Sequence record: SRR20825006_483
DNA: 64,000 nucleotides
Direction: 5' to 3' (one strand)
Below are positions 20,334 through 30,027 of the stretch, piece by piece; positions within the stretch are counted from its first letter, which is position 1; every line of letters starts with the position of its first letter. The notes beneath the pieces were generated by a model. That model saw nothing but the letters and a program-made list of their open reading frames with translations, searched no databases and had not been told where the DNA came from. Made by a program: the position numbers and the translations under genes.

Positions 20334-20579
20334 TCAACGTTCGGCTTGACCAGCGACAGCGATATCGTGGTCAAGCATGGCCGAGTTTGGAGCACCCGCT
20401 TTGTCTTTGCTGGCCCGATCAACGCTGTCACGTTGATCCAATTCGCCACGCACGATCGAAACTTCTCGAGGAGCTTCGATGCCGATTGCGACACGATTGC
20501 CAGCGATTCGGTTGACCGTGATCACGATGTTGTCACCGATGACCAGCTTTTCGCCTTCTTTTCGACTAAGTACCAACAT
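20334..20579 (-). CDS. csrA: Carbon storage regulator CsrA-family RNA-binding protein
   Basis: MLVLSRKEGEKLVIGDNIVITV..VAIGIEAPREVSIVRGEL; Shine-Dalgarno AAGGA upstream. Confidence 0.92.
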   Translation of the reverse strand: MLVLSRKEGEKLVIGDNIVITVNRIAGNRVAIGIEAPREVSIVRGELDQRDSVDRASKDKAGAPNSAMLDHDIAVAGQAER

Positions 20580-20726
20580 TTCTGAATCCTTTCCCTGCGG
20601 GATGCTTTTGCGTTTTGAAAATCGTTTCAAGCGTTGGTTTTCGAGTTCAACGTCTCAGACAAGAGAGGGTTGTTCTCGTTTCACTTTGCAACACGGGGGC
20701 GATGCCCTCGTGAGGAAACTTTAATG

Positions 20727-20743
20727 AGCAAGATCTGCGCCAT
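20727..20743 (-). promoter_or_regulatory. Sigma54 (-24/-12) promoter for csrA
   Basis: Minus strand reads ATGGCGCAGATCTTGCT, matching TGGCAC-N5-TTGCW, about 150 bp upstream of the ATG. Confidence 0.7.
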
Positions 20744-20983
20744 AAGGTTCACCTAAACTTCCAAATCCTCTTAAATCATTCGCGTATGCTCAAAAAACAC
20801 ATTCTAAGCGGAAAATGGCTACATTCGCAAATCGATTTGATTTCAGACTTGGTTTGGATCGATGACAGTTTGTTCCAACCAGCTCGCGTTCAACTCATTT
20901 CAAAACGAGAGGCCGTCTCACCCTGAGACAACTGTTTCTCTCGTCCACACAAGTAGTATCAGCTAGGGGCGTGACACGTTTGG

Positions 20984-22054
20984 TCACGCATCGAGATGAG
21001 CCCGGACTTTTGTGGTGTCGGGCCCAGAAATCACGCCTTTTTCGGTGATCAACGCTGTCACCAATTCCGCCGGCGTCACATCGAATGCGGGATTCACGAC
21101 CGCGACCCCCTCCGGAGTCTGGCGAGGTGAATCGGTCCCGCACGGATACGAAACCTCGTCCGCATTGCGTTGCTCGATCGGAATCAAATCGCCCGATTCG
21201 AGTTCGGCATCAAACGTGTTTGTCGGCGCCGCGACGTAGAACGGAATGTTGTGGTGTTTGGCCAGCACCGCCAGCGGGTAGGTTCCGATCTTGTTAGCGA
21301 CGTCTCCATTGGCCGCGATTCGGTCGGCTCCCACGATGACGGCGTCGACTCGGCCTTGCCGCATCAAACTGCCGGACATGGAGTCCGTGCAGACGGTGAC
21401 CGGGATCCCGGCTTGGTGAAGTTCCCAGGCCGTCAGACGGGCTCCCTGGAGAAGCGGCCGCGTTTCATCGGCAAACACCTCCAGCGTGTGGCCGGACTCG
21501 TGCAAGTGGTACATCGGTGCCAGGGCCGTTCCCCACATCGAAGTTGCCAGCGATCCGGCGTTGCAGTGAGTCATGACGCTTTTGCAATGAGCCAATAGCG
21601 TCGCGCCATTACGGCCGATGGATCGACACATTTGCCGATCATCATCATGAATGCGAATGGCTTCAGTCACCAATTGCTCGCGAAGCTCGGCGACTTCCCC
21701 GGAGAATCCATCGACGATGGCTCGCATGCGATCGAGGGCCCAGAAGAGATTGACCGCCGTCGGTCGGCTGGTCGCCAAATGATCGATCGTTTGCCGATAC
21801 CGAGCCTGCGCTTCAGGCAGGCTCGAGTTTGACTCAGCATCGACCGGAGTCAGGGTGACTCCGTACGCGGCGGCGATGCCAATGGCGGGCGCACCGCGAA
21901 CGACCAATCGTTGGATTGCATCGTGCGTTTGGTCGATGGTTGTGCAAACCAAACGCGTCAGCGTTCCAGGCAACTTGGTTTGATCCAGCAGATCCAGTTC
22001 TGCCGGCCGCCCATTGTGGGCGGCGTGATATCGAATCGTTTCGGCTTCGTTCAC
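20984..22054 (-). CDS. mtnA: S-methyl-5-thioribose-1-phosphate isomerase
   Basis: LLDQTKLP, VRGAPAIG, RPTAVNLFWA, THCNAG, ETRPLLQGARLT, ANKIGTY, NPAFDVTP. Confidence 0.95.
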   Translation of the reverse strand: MNEAETIRYHAAHNGRPAELDLLDQTKLPGTLTRLVCTTIDQTHDAIQRLVVRGAPAIGIAAAYGVTLTPVDAESNSSLPEAQARYRQTIDHLATSRPTAVNLFWALDRMRAIVDGFSGEVAELREQLVTEAIRIHDDDRQMCRSIGRNGATLLAHCKSVMTHCNAGSLATSMWGTALAPMYHLHESGHTLEVFADETRPLLQGARLTAWELHQAGIPVTVCTDSMSGSLMRQGRVDAVIVGADRIAANGDVANKIGTYPLAVLAKHHNIPFYVAAPTNTFDAELESGDLIPIEQRNADEVSYPCGTDSPRQTPEGVAVVNPAFDVTPAELVTALITEKGVISGPDTTKVRAHLDA

Positions 22055-22084
22055 TTCAGGGACCGTTGCGAGAGGTTCGTCGAA

Positions 22085-23647
22085 TCAAACGTCAGTCGCA
22101 CTGGGAACGACAAACCCGTCGCGGTACTCGCGAGTTTCCATCGCTTTGGCTTCGTCGTTGTCGACAAAGCTTTCCGCCTCGGGATCAAACTTCAGCACGG
22201 GGCCGAGCGACAACTGCTCTTTTTCAGGATCAACGTTGTTGTCCCGAAGGTGTTGAAGCGTTCGATCGAGCGTGGCTTGATCGTCATCCAGAGACGAAAT
22301 GTTCGCGAGTGACTCGGAGATCGTTTTGGGATCGACCCGGTTTTCTTGACCAACGTAGTACGAAATGTTGCCCAGGTGAGCGACCGCGGCAGACAGGTGA
22401 CCGCAGCGCGCATCGGCATGGAGCTTCGAGGCGTCGCGAGACTGTACCGCATCGAGGAAGTTCGCAAAGTGGGCGTCGCCGACGTTGGATGTCGTCTTGA
22501 ATTCACGCACCAATTTGCGTTCTTTGTCGAACACGGCACAACGGCTGTAACTGGGACCCTGCACGAGATAGCCGTCTTCACCGTAGAAGATGACGCCGAT
22601 CTTGTTTCCCTTGCTATAGCCAAACAACTCGTTGATCTCTTGGTCGGCCGATTCGTCAACGCTGAGACCGCGAGTTTCAAACACGATGGTTTTATCGCCG
22701 TAATCGTAGATCGAAACTTGCGTGTTGGCGGTGTCGCCAGCATCAACGTAGTCGGGGTCTTTGCGTTCCGCTTTGTAACCCAAACGACCGGCATAGCTCA
22801 GCACCGCGTTGGGGTGACGATCCAGACCCAGTCCCCAACGTGCGACGTCGGTTTGGTGAGGACCCTGGTTGCCGGAGTCGCCATTGCCGTAGTGGCGTTG
22901 CCAGTGCCAGTCGTAATGGAAACGCTGACGGGTCAGTTTGGGATCGGTGTAGGTGGCCGGTCCGCTCCACTGATTGAAGTCAACGCCCGCCGGAATTTCA
23001 TAGTCACCCAATGGGCCGATCGACTTGCGCCGTTTGTAACACAGGCCACGGGCAAGCTTGACTTCGCCAATTCCACCATCAGCGAGGAACTGCATGCCTT
23101 CGCGAATGCCGGAACTGCTACGGCACTGAGTACCGGTTTGGAACATGCGGCCGTACTTGGCTGCTGCGGCGACGAGGGCACGGCCTTCGTGAATGTTGTG
23201 GCTGATCGGTTTTTCGATGTAGACGTCTTTTCCCGCCTGCATCGCTTCGACACCCATCAGTGCGTGCCAGTGATTGGGTGTGGCACTGGTCAGGATCTGC
23301 ACATCGTCCATGTCCAAAACTTCGCGAAAGTCTTTGACGACTTTGGGGCGAAGTCCCTGCAGGTCGGCGACTTTGTCGGCACGGCTGTTGCCGACTTTTT
23401 CATCAATGTCGACCAACACTCTGATTTCGGTGCGAGGATCTTTGTCGAACCCTCGAATGTGCTCTCCACCTCGGCTGTTGACGCCACAAATTGCCACGCC
23501 AAGTTTTTCGTTGGGCGAGGTGGCTTGGGCGGAAGCGGATCGGCTGGTGTGAACACCAATGGCCGCCCCGACCGCGATTCCGGTAGCGGTGAACTGACGG
23601 CGACTGATTCGCGAGCCACGGGTGGAGGAGGCTGGGGCAGATTTCAT
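22085..23647 (-). CDS. Tat-exported Gfo/Idh/MocA-family oxidoreductase
   Basis: Tat motif SRRQF, ATPNHWH, GKDVYIEKP, GTQCRS, NQGPHQTD. Confidence 0.88.
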   Translation of the reverse strand: MKSAPASSTRGSRISRRQFTATGIAVGAAIGVHTSRSASAQATSPNEKLGVAICGVNSRGGEHIRGFDKDPRTEIRVLVDIDEKVGNSRADKVADLQGLRPKVVKDFREVLDMDDVQILTSATPNHWHALMGVEAMQAGKDVYIEKPISHNIHEGRALVAAAAKYGRMFQTGTQCRSSSGIREGMQFLADGGIGEVKLARGLCYKRRKSIGPLGDYEIPAGVDFNQWSGPATYTDPKLTRQRFHYDWHWQRHYGNGDSGNQGPHQTDVARWGLGLDRHPNAVLSYAGRLGYKAERKDPDYVDAGDTANTQVSIYDYGDKTIVFETRGLSVDESADQEINELFGYSKGNKIGVIFYGEDGYLVQGPSYSRCAVFDKERKLVREFKTTSNVGDAHFANFLDAVQSRDASKLHADARCGHLSAAVAHLGNISYYVGQENRVDPKTISESLANISSLDDDQATLDRTLQHLRDNNVDPEKEQLSLGPVLKFDPEAESFVDNDEAKAMETREYRDGFVVPSATDV

Positions 23648-23945
23648 GGCGGGCCTATGGAAAGGAGAGGAAGGTGGGGCAACGGGGAAGCATGCACATT
23701 ATGCACGCTTCGTGCGGCGTATTCATCCACCTTATGCCGTCAAAGTTCCAAGACTCGCAATTTTACGCTCCGGTTAAGGAATCTCGTCGATCAGGCCGAT
23801 TCCGAGGCGAAGCCCAGATTTCCTCAAGTGGACGAGCCGCGAAGGCGGAAGGGCTGAGATCTGAAATTTTCAGGGAAAGGCCGAGCCGATCGGTTCATTT
23901 CGCAAGCCATTCGCGGCAACACGCTCGCCGCTCAGTCGCAAACAG

Positions 23946-24830
23946 TCAATTCGACTGCGTTTGCAGGAATTGATTGAGCCCCTCAAGATCATCGGTGTTG
24001 ATCAGATCCACTCCGGCATCATTCAGTACTTTCCAGGCTGCCTGGTGATCGGGCGTTGCCCAAAATCGAACTCGGCGGTTTTGTCGATGAGCTCGTTCCA
24101 GAATCCCACTTAGCTTTTCGCGATCGGCCTCGGGCAAGTCGCCTTTGCCCCGCCATTGAAAATTGCGGCCCCAGTGATCGCTGATCAAGGGCATCAGCTC
24201 GGCTGAGTAATCCTTGTTCAAATCGTCCAGTCGACCATCCACGCCTACGAAACGCGGCAAGTCTGACTGGACTGATTCGATGGGACGGTTGCCACTGATG
24301 ATGGCAGTGACGCCGCGACGGTGGACGCCATCGGAATCGACATGCGTGAACACATCGTCGTATTCCGATAGCAATTGATTGAGTGCCCGATATGTCGACT
24401 CCCCATCAGACTTCAAGTCAATCAGCAATGTGACGGGTTGGCCATCGCCTTCAACACTTTGGAAAGAGCCCGGGGAATCATTCGCGTGGGTTTGCATGCG
24501 CTGACGCAGCGGGTCGAGGTACAACGCTTTCAATGTTCGATCGGCGGAAAGTTCTGCAGTGGAGTGAGCAACCCAAAGATCACCTTCGACCAAAAAGATA
24601 TCTGCTTCGACACTGCGAAATCCATTGTCGAGTGCATCCAGCAGCGGACGATCATGCAGATAGTCGTTGTGAGCGTGAGCCTTTGGATGCGATGGAAGAA
24701 CCGTTGAGTTCGATGCGGACGTCTGGGCCGAGCATACTGTGGCGGTAAGGCTGACGAAGCAGGCTGCGATGCAGAATGGAACAGCAGCGAAGACGCTTGT
24801 TCGGCGTCGCAATGGCGATGGGATGTTCAC
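23946..24830 (-). CDS. Secreted PLC-like/GDPD-like phosphodiesterase
   Basis: Signal peptide, HAHNDY, SVEADI, LLIDLK, RVRFWATP, GVDLINTDD. Confidence 0.75.
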   Translation of the reverse strand: MNIPSPLRRRTSVFAAVPFCIAACFVSLTATVCSAQTSASNSTVLPSHPKAHAHNDYLHDRPLLDALDNGFRSVEADIFLVEGDLWVAHSTAELSADRTLKALYLDPLRQRMQTHANDSPGSFQSVEGDGQPVTLLIDLKSDGESTYRALNQLLSEYDDVFTHVDSDGVHRRGVTAIISGNRPIESVQSDLPRFVGVDGRLDDLNKDYSAELMPLISDHWGRNFQWRGKGDLPEADREKLSGILERAHRQNRRVRFWATPDHQAAWKVLNDAGVDLINTDDLEGLNQFLQTQSN

Positions 24831-24969
24831 GTGAGGCTCGTGTTGAATGCATGAATCTGGGGTGCAATTTCAGAGCCATGATTCTATCTGCTTTGCGAGG
24901 CAGCGTTGGCATCACCATTTTTTGTGAAGGCCTGGCAAAACCAACGGAGCCGATTCACAAGCTGGAAAC

Positions 24970-26520
24970 CTACGCCACTGCAGTGGGCTCGGGACGAGGC
25001 GGTACGCCGCGGGCAGAGTCGTCGATGAAGCCAGTGTCCATCCCCAAGTCCTGCAGCAACAATCTCGAACTGATGCGGCTGGACTCGTAGATCACAGGCA
25101 GTCCACTGCCCGGGTGAGTTCCGCCACCGACCAGATACACGCCATCGAGTTCTTCGAATCGATTGCGTGGTCGCTTGTGAAGCATTTGGCCTAAGTTGTG
25201 TGCCAAGTTGAACGTCGCACCCTTGTAGATCGAGTAGTCGCTTTGCCAATCGTTAGGAGTGATTTGGTGTTCCACACGAATTCGATCACGCACATCGGTC
25301 AGACCGAGTTCACCAAGTTTATCGAGAGTCAATTCGCGAAAACCGGCGGCTTCTTTTGACCAATCAACGTTTTCGGTGTCATGTGTGACGGGGACCAGCA
25401 CATAAAGCGAACTGTGCCCGGCGGGAGCCAGTGTCGGATCGGTCACGCCAGCATTCTGGACATACACCGACGGATCTTGGCTGAGGATGTGATCGGTTTC
25501 AATTTCGCGAAGGTTGCGGTTGTAGTCGCTGCTGATGTAAATGCTGTGATGTGGCAGGTCTTCGTATAATCCTTCGATCCCCAAGTACAACATGTAAGTG
25601 CTGCAGGAGAACTTCTTTTTGGCGATCTGTTCGTCCGACCAACGTTTGCGAGAAGCGTTGGGGACCGTCTTTGTCATCCAGTCAGCGAAGTCAGCATTGA
25701 CGACGAATGCATCCGCGTCGTAACGATCGGCTTGGGTATGCAACGCACGAACTCGTCGGCCTTCCATTTCGATGGAATCGACTGGTTCGTTGAGCCGGAT
25801 CTTCACACCCATCTCTTCGGCGATCTCAGCCATTTTTTCGCTCACGCGACTGCAACCACCGATGGGATGGAAGACGCCATACTCGTATTCGAGAAACGAG
25901 AGGATGCTGAACAGACTCGGGCAATTGAACGGCGACATGCCGAGGTACTTGGACTGGAACGCAAACGCGATCACAAGCCTTGGGTCGCTGAAGTAGCGTT
26001 CAAGTTCCTTGCCCAACGTTCGAAACGGATGCAGGTGCTTGGCCGCGCCCAGCAACGACGGCTTCATCACATCCAATGCGGAGTGAAAGGGCGACTCCAG
26101 AATGGGACGAAACTTTTCCAGCTTGATCCGGTTGTCGTCCATGTACCGCTTTAATTGCCCAACATCTTGCGGTGAAAACTGAGCGATCTGGCGATCCATC
26201 TCGTCCATATCGGGCGTGCAATCCAGTTGACCGCCGCCACCGAATGTCAGCCGATACTGAGGGTCCAAACGTTCCATTGGGACCTCTTCCATCAGGTCGC
26301 GACCGGTCGAGTGAAAGATCTCGTCGAGCACGCGTGGATAGAGGAAAAAGGTGGGACCGCAGTCAAAGCGGAAGCCATCGATTTCGATCGCGGATGTTCG
26401 TCCGCCGACCTGGCCGCGGCGTTCCAGGATGGTCACATCACAACCGCCCGCGGCGAGCTGCATCGCCGACGCCAGTCCACCCGGTCCGGCCCCAACGACA
26501 ACGACTTTCTTTTGGGACAT
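24970..26520 (-). CDS. crtI: Phytoene/diapophytoene desaturase (CrtI/CrtN family)
   Basis: VVVVGAGPGGL FAD motif, GFRFDCGPT, FQSKYLGMSP, YLVGGGTHPGSGLP. Confidence 0.88.
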   Translation of the reverse strand: MSQKKVVVVGAGPGGLASAMQLAAGGCDVTILERRGQVGGRTSAIEIDGFRFDCGPTFFLYPRVLDEIFHSTGRDLMEEVPMERLDPQYRLTFGGGGQLDCTPDMDEMDRQIAQFSPQDVGQLKRYMDDNRIKLEKFRPILESPFHSALDVMKPSLLGAAKHLHPFRTLGKELERYFSDPRLVIAFAFQSKYLGMSPFNCPSLFSILSFLEYEYGVFHPIGGCSRVSEKMAEIAEEMGVKIRLNEPVDSIEMEGRRVRALHTQADRYDADAFVVNADFADWMTKTVPNASRKRWSDEQIAKKKFSCSTYMLYLGIEGLYEDLPHHSIYISSDYNRNLREIETDHILSQDPSVYVQNAGVTDPTLAPAGHSSLYVLVPVTHDTENVDWSKEAAGFRELTLDKLGELGLTDVRDRIRVEHQITPNDWQSDYSIYKGATFNLAHNLGQMLHKRPRNRFEELDGVYLVGGGTHPGSGLPVIYESSRISSRLLLQDLGMDTGFIDDSARGVPPRPEPTAVA

Positions 26521-26684
26521 GACAACCTTACTGACCAAACGAAGAACACAAACCGATAGCGTGTTCCGCGAAGTGGACTTCAAACGCTCGGTGAGAGAAA
26601 CGGACTCAAGACGGCCGGGAGATTAGGGCTAGGTCTCTAGCACTTGCTTCCCGCTCACTGCTTATCTTACGCGTCCGGCCAGTG

Positions 26685-27161
26685 TTACAGATATTGTTGG
26701 TACGCCGCGACCGCCAATTTATCGCACAGTTCGTTTTCGGTGTGTCCGGCGTGACCTTTGACGTGGTGGTAGGTCACCCGGTGAGCTTGCATTTGCTGAT
26801 CGAGCTCCTGCCACAGTTCGACATTCTTGACGGGCACCAGTTTGGAACCGTCTTTGCGTTTCCAGCCGCGACTTTTCCAACCCGCCATCCAGCTCGACAT
26901 CCCCTGCCCGACGTATTTGCTGTCGGAATACAGATCGACAGCGCAAGGTTCTTTGAGAGCTTCGAGTCCACGGATGACGGCCATCAATTCCATTTGGTTG
27001 TTGGTCGTGTGAGGTTGCCCGCCCGAACGCTGGATCTCTTTCAGCGTCCGTGGGCAACGCAACACAAATGCCCAACCGCCAGGTCCCGGGTTCCCGCTGC
27101 AAGCACCGTCGGTGTACAGCTCCACGGGTTTGAAAGCAGCCTCGGTTTTGGAATCAGTCAT
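26685..27161 (-). CDS. rnhA: Ribonuclease HI
   Basis: [49 protein letters not shown]. Confidence 0.95.
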   Translation of the reverse strand: MTDSKTEAAFKPVELYTDGACSGNPGPGGWAFVLRCPRTLKEIQRSGGQPHTTNNQMELMAVIRGLEALKEPCAVDLYSDSKYVGQGMSSWMAGWKSRGWKRKDGSKLVPVKNVELWQELDQQMQAHRVTYHHVKGHAGHTENELCDKLAVAAYQQYL

Positions 27162-27264
27162 CTTGGTTCAGTCCGTTGGGTGGATGTGCGTCCGTGTTGC
27201 GGGATTTGGATTGCCGGATTTGAGTCGCGGAATGAATGTCGCAACGGTCTCGCTTTGACCGGGT

Positions 27265-28089
27265 TCATCCGGTGTTGCGACCGATCTGAAGCCCATCCGG
27301 CGCAAAGATGCTGCGGCCGCCGTCGACCGGCAAACAGACTCCGGTGACGAATGTGTTTTCGCAGAAGAAGCTGACCGCGTGAGCGACATCTTCGGGCGTT
27401 CCAACTCGCCGAACCAGGGTACTGTCTGCCAATTCCTTGACTGTTTCCTGCGAGACGTCATCGGATAGCAGCACGGGGCCCGGCTGAACGCAGTTGACGC
27501 GAATACGAGCGTTGTGGGCACCCAGTTCGACGGCCAGCGACCGGGTCATGACCTCAATCGCGCCTTTGCTGGGAAAGTACGCGGCATGTTCGGCATACGG
27601 TCGAACGGTGGCCCAGTCACCCAGGTTGATGATGCATCCGCCGCTCGATTGAGCGACCATGTGTCGGCCAGCGGCTCGAGCGCACAGCAACGACGCGACG
27701 GAGTTAATTTGGAAGTATCGACGGATCTCTTCACCGGTGATGTTTTCCAATCGCGTCGGGGTCCAGATCGCTGCGCTGTTGACCAGGATGTCGAGCCGGC
27801 CAAAGTGTTGATGTGTTTGATCAACGATTGCGTCGCAGGTCGCATCTTGTTCGAGTGGTCCTTGGACGACGATTGCTTCTCGGCCAAATCGTTGCTGCCA
27901 CTGTGAGGCGGTTTGTTCAGCCTCATCGACACTGGTGTTGGCATGCAAAGCGACATGGCAACCGCGTCGCGAAAGCTCTTCCGCGATGACACGGCCGACT
28001 CGCGGTGACCCACTGCCGGTGACGATGGCAACCGGATCATCGGTTTCGAAGACGTTTTGCAATCGTGAACGAAGATCGGTGGTTCCCAC
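27265..28089 (-). CDS. Short-chain dehydrogenase, pteridine reductase (PTR1/FolM)-like
   Basis: VTGSGSPRVG, VALH, LVNSAA, IINLGD, YFPSK, VNCVQPG, TGVCLPVDGGR. Confidence 0.8.
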   Translation of the reverse strand: MGTTDLRSRLQNVFETDDPVAIVTGSGSPRVGRVIAEELSRRGCHVALHANTSVDEAEQTASQWQQRFGREAIVVQGPLEQDATCDAIVDQTHQHFGRLDILVNSAAIWTPTRLENITGEEIRRYFQINSVASLLCARAAGRHMVAQSSGGCIINLGDWATVRPYAEHAAYFPSKGAIEVMTRSLAVELGAHNARIRVNCVQPGPVLLSDDVSQETVKELADSTLVRRVGTPEDVAHAVSFFCENTFVTGVCLPVDGGRSIFAPDGLQIGRNTG

Positions 28090-28090
28090 C

Positions 28091-29170
28091 TCAGATGCTC
28101 ATCTCTTCGCACGAACCGGTGACGTCGAAGCCAAGGTCGCGAATCATGTCGTAATCCGCTTGAGGGGCCTGCCCTTGCGTTGTGAGGTAGTCGCCAACGA
28201 ACACGCTGTTGGCAACGTACAACCCCATCGGTTGCAACTGACGCAGGTGCAGTTCACGACCGCCAGCGATCCGCAGTTCGCGATCGGGGTTCACGAATCG
28301 GAACATCGCCAAAGCTTTGAGCGCGTCTTGAGGCGTGAGGGCAGCGGTTCCTTCCAAAGGCGTGCCATCGATCGCGTTGAGAATGTTGACGGGAATCGAT
28401 TGCACACCGAGCTCATTCAGATCGAACGCCATCGACACGATGTCGGATTTGGATTCGCCCATACCGATGATGCCACCACTGCACATTTCCATGCCCGCAT
28501 CGCGAACGTGACGCAGCGTTTGAACGCGGTCTTCGTATGTGTGCGTTGTGCAGATCTTCTCGTAGTGCGATTCGCTGCTGTTGAGGTTGTGATTGACTCG
28601 GTCGACACCGCAAGCCTTCAGTCGAGCCGCTTGAGATTCATCCAGCAAACCCAAGCAGGCACAGATGTCCAAGTTGTACTTTTGCTTGATCTCGGGAACG
28701 ATCTCCTCGACCGCTTTCATCTCGCGTTCGTTGGGTCCACGGGCGGAAATCACCAAACAGTAGGTCTTTGCACCTCGTTCGGCAGCGACCTTGGCGGCGT
28801 CCATCAACGCATCGCGTTTGAGAATGTTGTACTTGGGAACGGGAGCGTCGGAGACCTTGGATTGGCTGCAGTAATGACAATCCTCGGGGCACAATCCGCT
28901 CTTGGCGTTCATCAAAAAGTACAACTGGACGGTGTTGCCAAAGTACTGATGACGGATTCGGTAGCCAGCCGAGATGATCGCGGGTACGTCCAAATCGGAC
29001 GCTTCCAACATCGCCAGAGCTTGCTCTCGGGTGATTGGCGTGCCATCGAGGACTTGTTGAGCTAACGCGTCGTAGTATCCCGGAGGCGAAAACACACCGA
29101 CGGACGATGACGTGTCGGCAGTGTCCGGGGCAGCAACAGAATTAGCAGCACTGGAATCAGCAACGCTCAT
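28091..29170 (-). CDS. bioB: Biotin synthase
   Basis: Radical SAM CPEDCHYC, NHNLNS, CSGGIIGMGE, SIPVN, RIAGGRE, ANSVFVGDYLTT. Confidence 0.95.
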   Translation of the reverse strand: MSVADSSAANSVAAPDTADTSSSVGVFSPPGYYDALAQQVLDGTPITREQALAMLEASDLDVPAIISAGYRIRHQYFGNTVQLYFLMNAKSGLCPEDCHYCSQSKVSDAPVPKYNILKRDALMDAAKVAAERGAKTYCLVISARGPNEREMKAVEEIVPEIKQKYNLDICACLGLLDESQAARLKACGVDRVNHNLNSSESHYEKICTTHTYEDRVQTLRHVRDAGMEMCSGGIIGMGESKSDIVSMAFDLNELGVQSIPVNILNAIDGTPLEGTAALTPQDALKALAMFRFVNPDRELRIAGGRELHLRQLQPMGLYVANSVFVGDYLTTQGQAPQADYDMIRDLGFDVTGSCEEMSI

Positions 29171-29207
29171 GGAACCAGGGGGTCAGCGGGGAAGGAGATG
29201 AGGAAGA

Positions 29208-29831
29208 TCAGGACGTGATTTCGACCCGCATCGTCGGCGTTTGGTCTGCCGTCGACAAGCCGGGGCGTTCCGAAGTGGGAGTTTCTTGGATCGCCAAATC
29301 CAAAATTTGGTCCAACTGCTCTCGCAATTCGATCATTTGGTGGCGGCTCAAACCCTGTCCGACCAAGCTCGCCGCGTGCAATCCAGCGATCACGACGAGC
29401 GAAAGTGGCACCAGCCAAAGGCCCGTCAGTGATGCACCAAGGCTCCACTGCACGTACCCGATGAGCAAACCGCCACACAGGACCATCGCCATCACGAGGT
29501 ACAGAAACATGCAGAAGGTCCAGATCTCCGGCCGCGGCGAAAAACGCCCAAATAGCTGGCAATGCGATTGATGGTCTGAAGAATCCACGGAAGGGGTGAC
29601 CTCGGTTTGAGCGTTGGAGCTCGCCGGCGCGTCACCGATCTGGACCGACAAATGAGGTGACCAGAATCGAGTCTCGGTTTTTGGCGGAGCAATCTCGACG
29701 CACTTGCCCGCCGCGACCGCCCGTGTGTTCGGTCCAAGCGACTTGATTGCCGACCGCACTCGACCCACGAGGACATCCGCTGAGACCGGAAAGTCCATAG
29801 AGAACGTGGGCTGCATTTCAAGAGGGGACAT
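29208..29831 (-). CDS. Hypothetical membrane protein (2 TM)
   Basis: FWSPHL..GRFSPRPEIWT followed by two hydrophobic helices; co-directional with bioB. Confidence 0.7.
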   Translation of the reverse strand: MSPLEMQPTFSMDFPVSADVLVGRVRSAIKSLGPNTRAVAAGKCVEIAPPKTETRFWSPHLSVQIGDAPASSNAQTEVTPSVDSSDHQSHCQLFGRFSPRPEIWTFCMFLYLVMAMVLCGGLLIGYVQWSLGASLTGLWLVPLSLVVIAGLHAASLVGQGLSRHQMIELREQLDQILDLAIQETPTSERPGLSTADQTPTMRVEITS

Positions 29832-30027
29832 CGTGCGAAATCCAAAGTCGCGAATGTGCGGAAGCTGCCCGGCATTGTGACCGGCAAGGCGAACGGAGGC
29901 AAATGTGACCAACAAAGCCGTCACCGGTGGGATGCTAGCCGTTGTTCGGCCGACTGGTTGTTTGCGGAGCCTTTGCCCGCGACACTTCGCCGCCTCGTCA
30001 CTTATTTCCGCTCATTGAGACGCAACC

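Noticed and set aside
23692-23706. TGCA-N5-TGCA upstream of the oxidoreductase, similar to the regulon enhancer
   Set aside because: Spacing is 5 rather than 6, it is a single copy, and I found no convincing -24/-12 box
22346-23857. 503-aa plus-strand ORF
   Set aside because: Antisense shadow of the Gfo/Idh/MocA gene with no recognisable motifs; expected in GC-rich, codon-biased DNA
27935-29065. 376-aa plus-strand ORF
   Set aside because: Antisense to bioB and the SDR, with no domain signal
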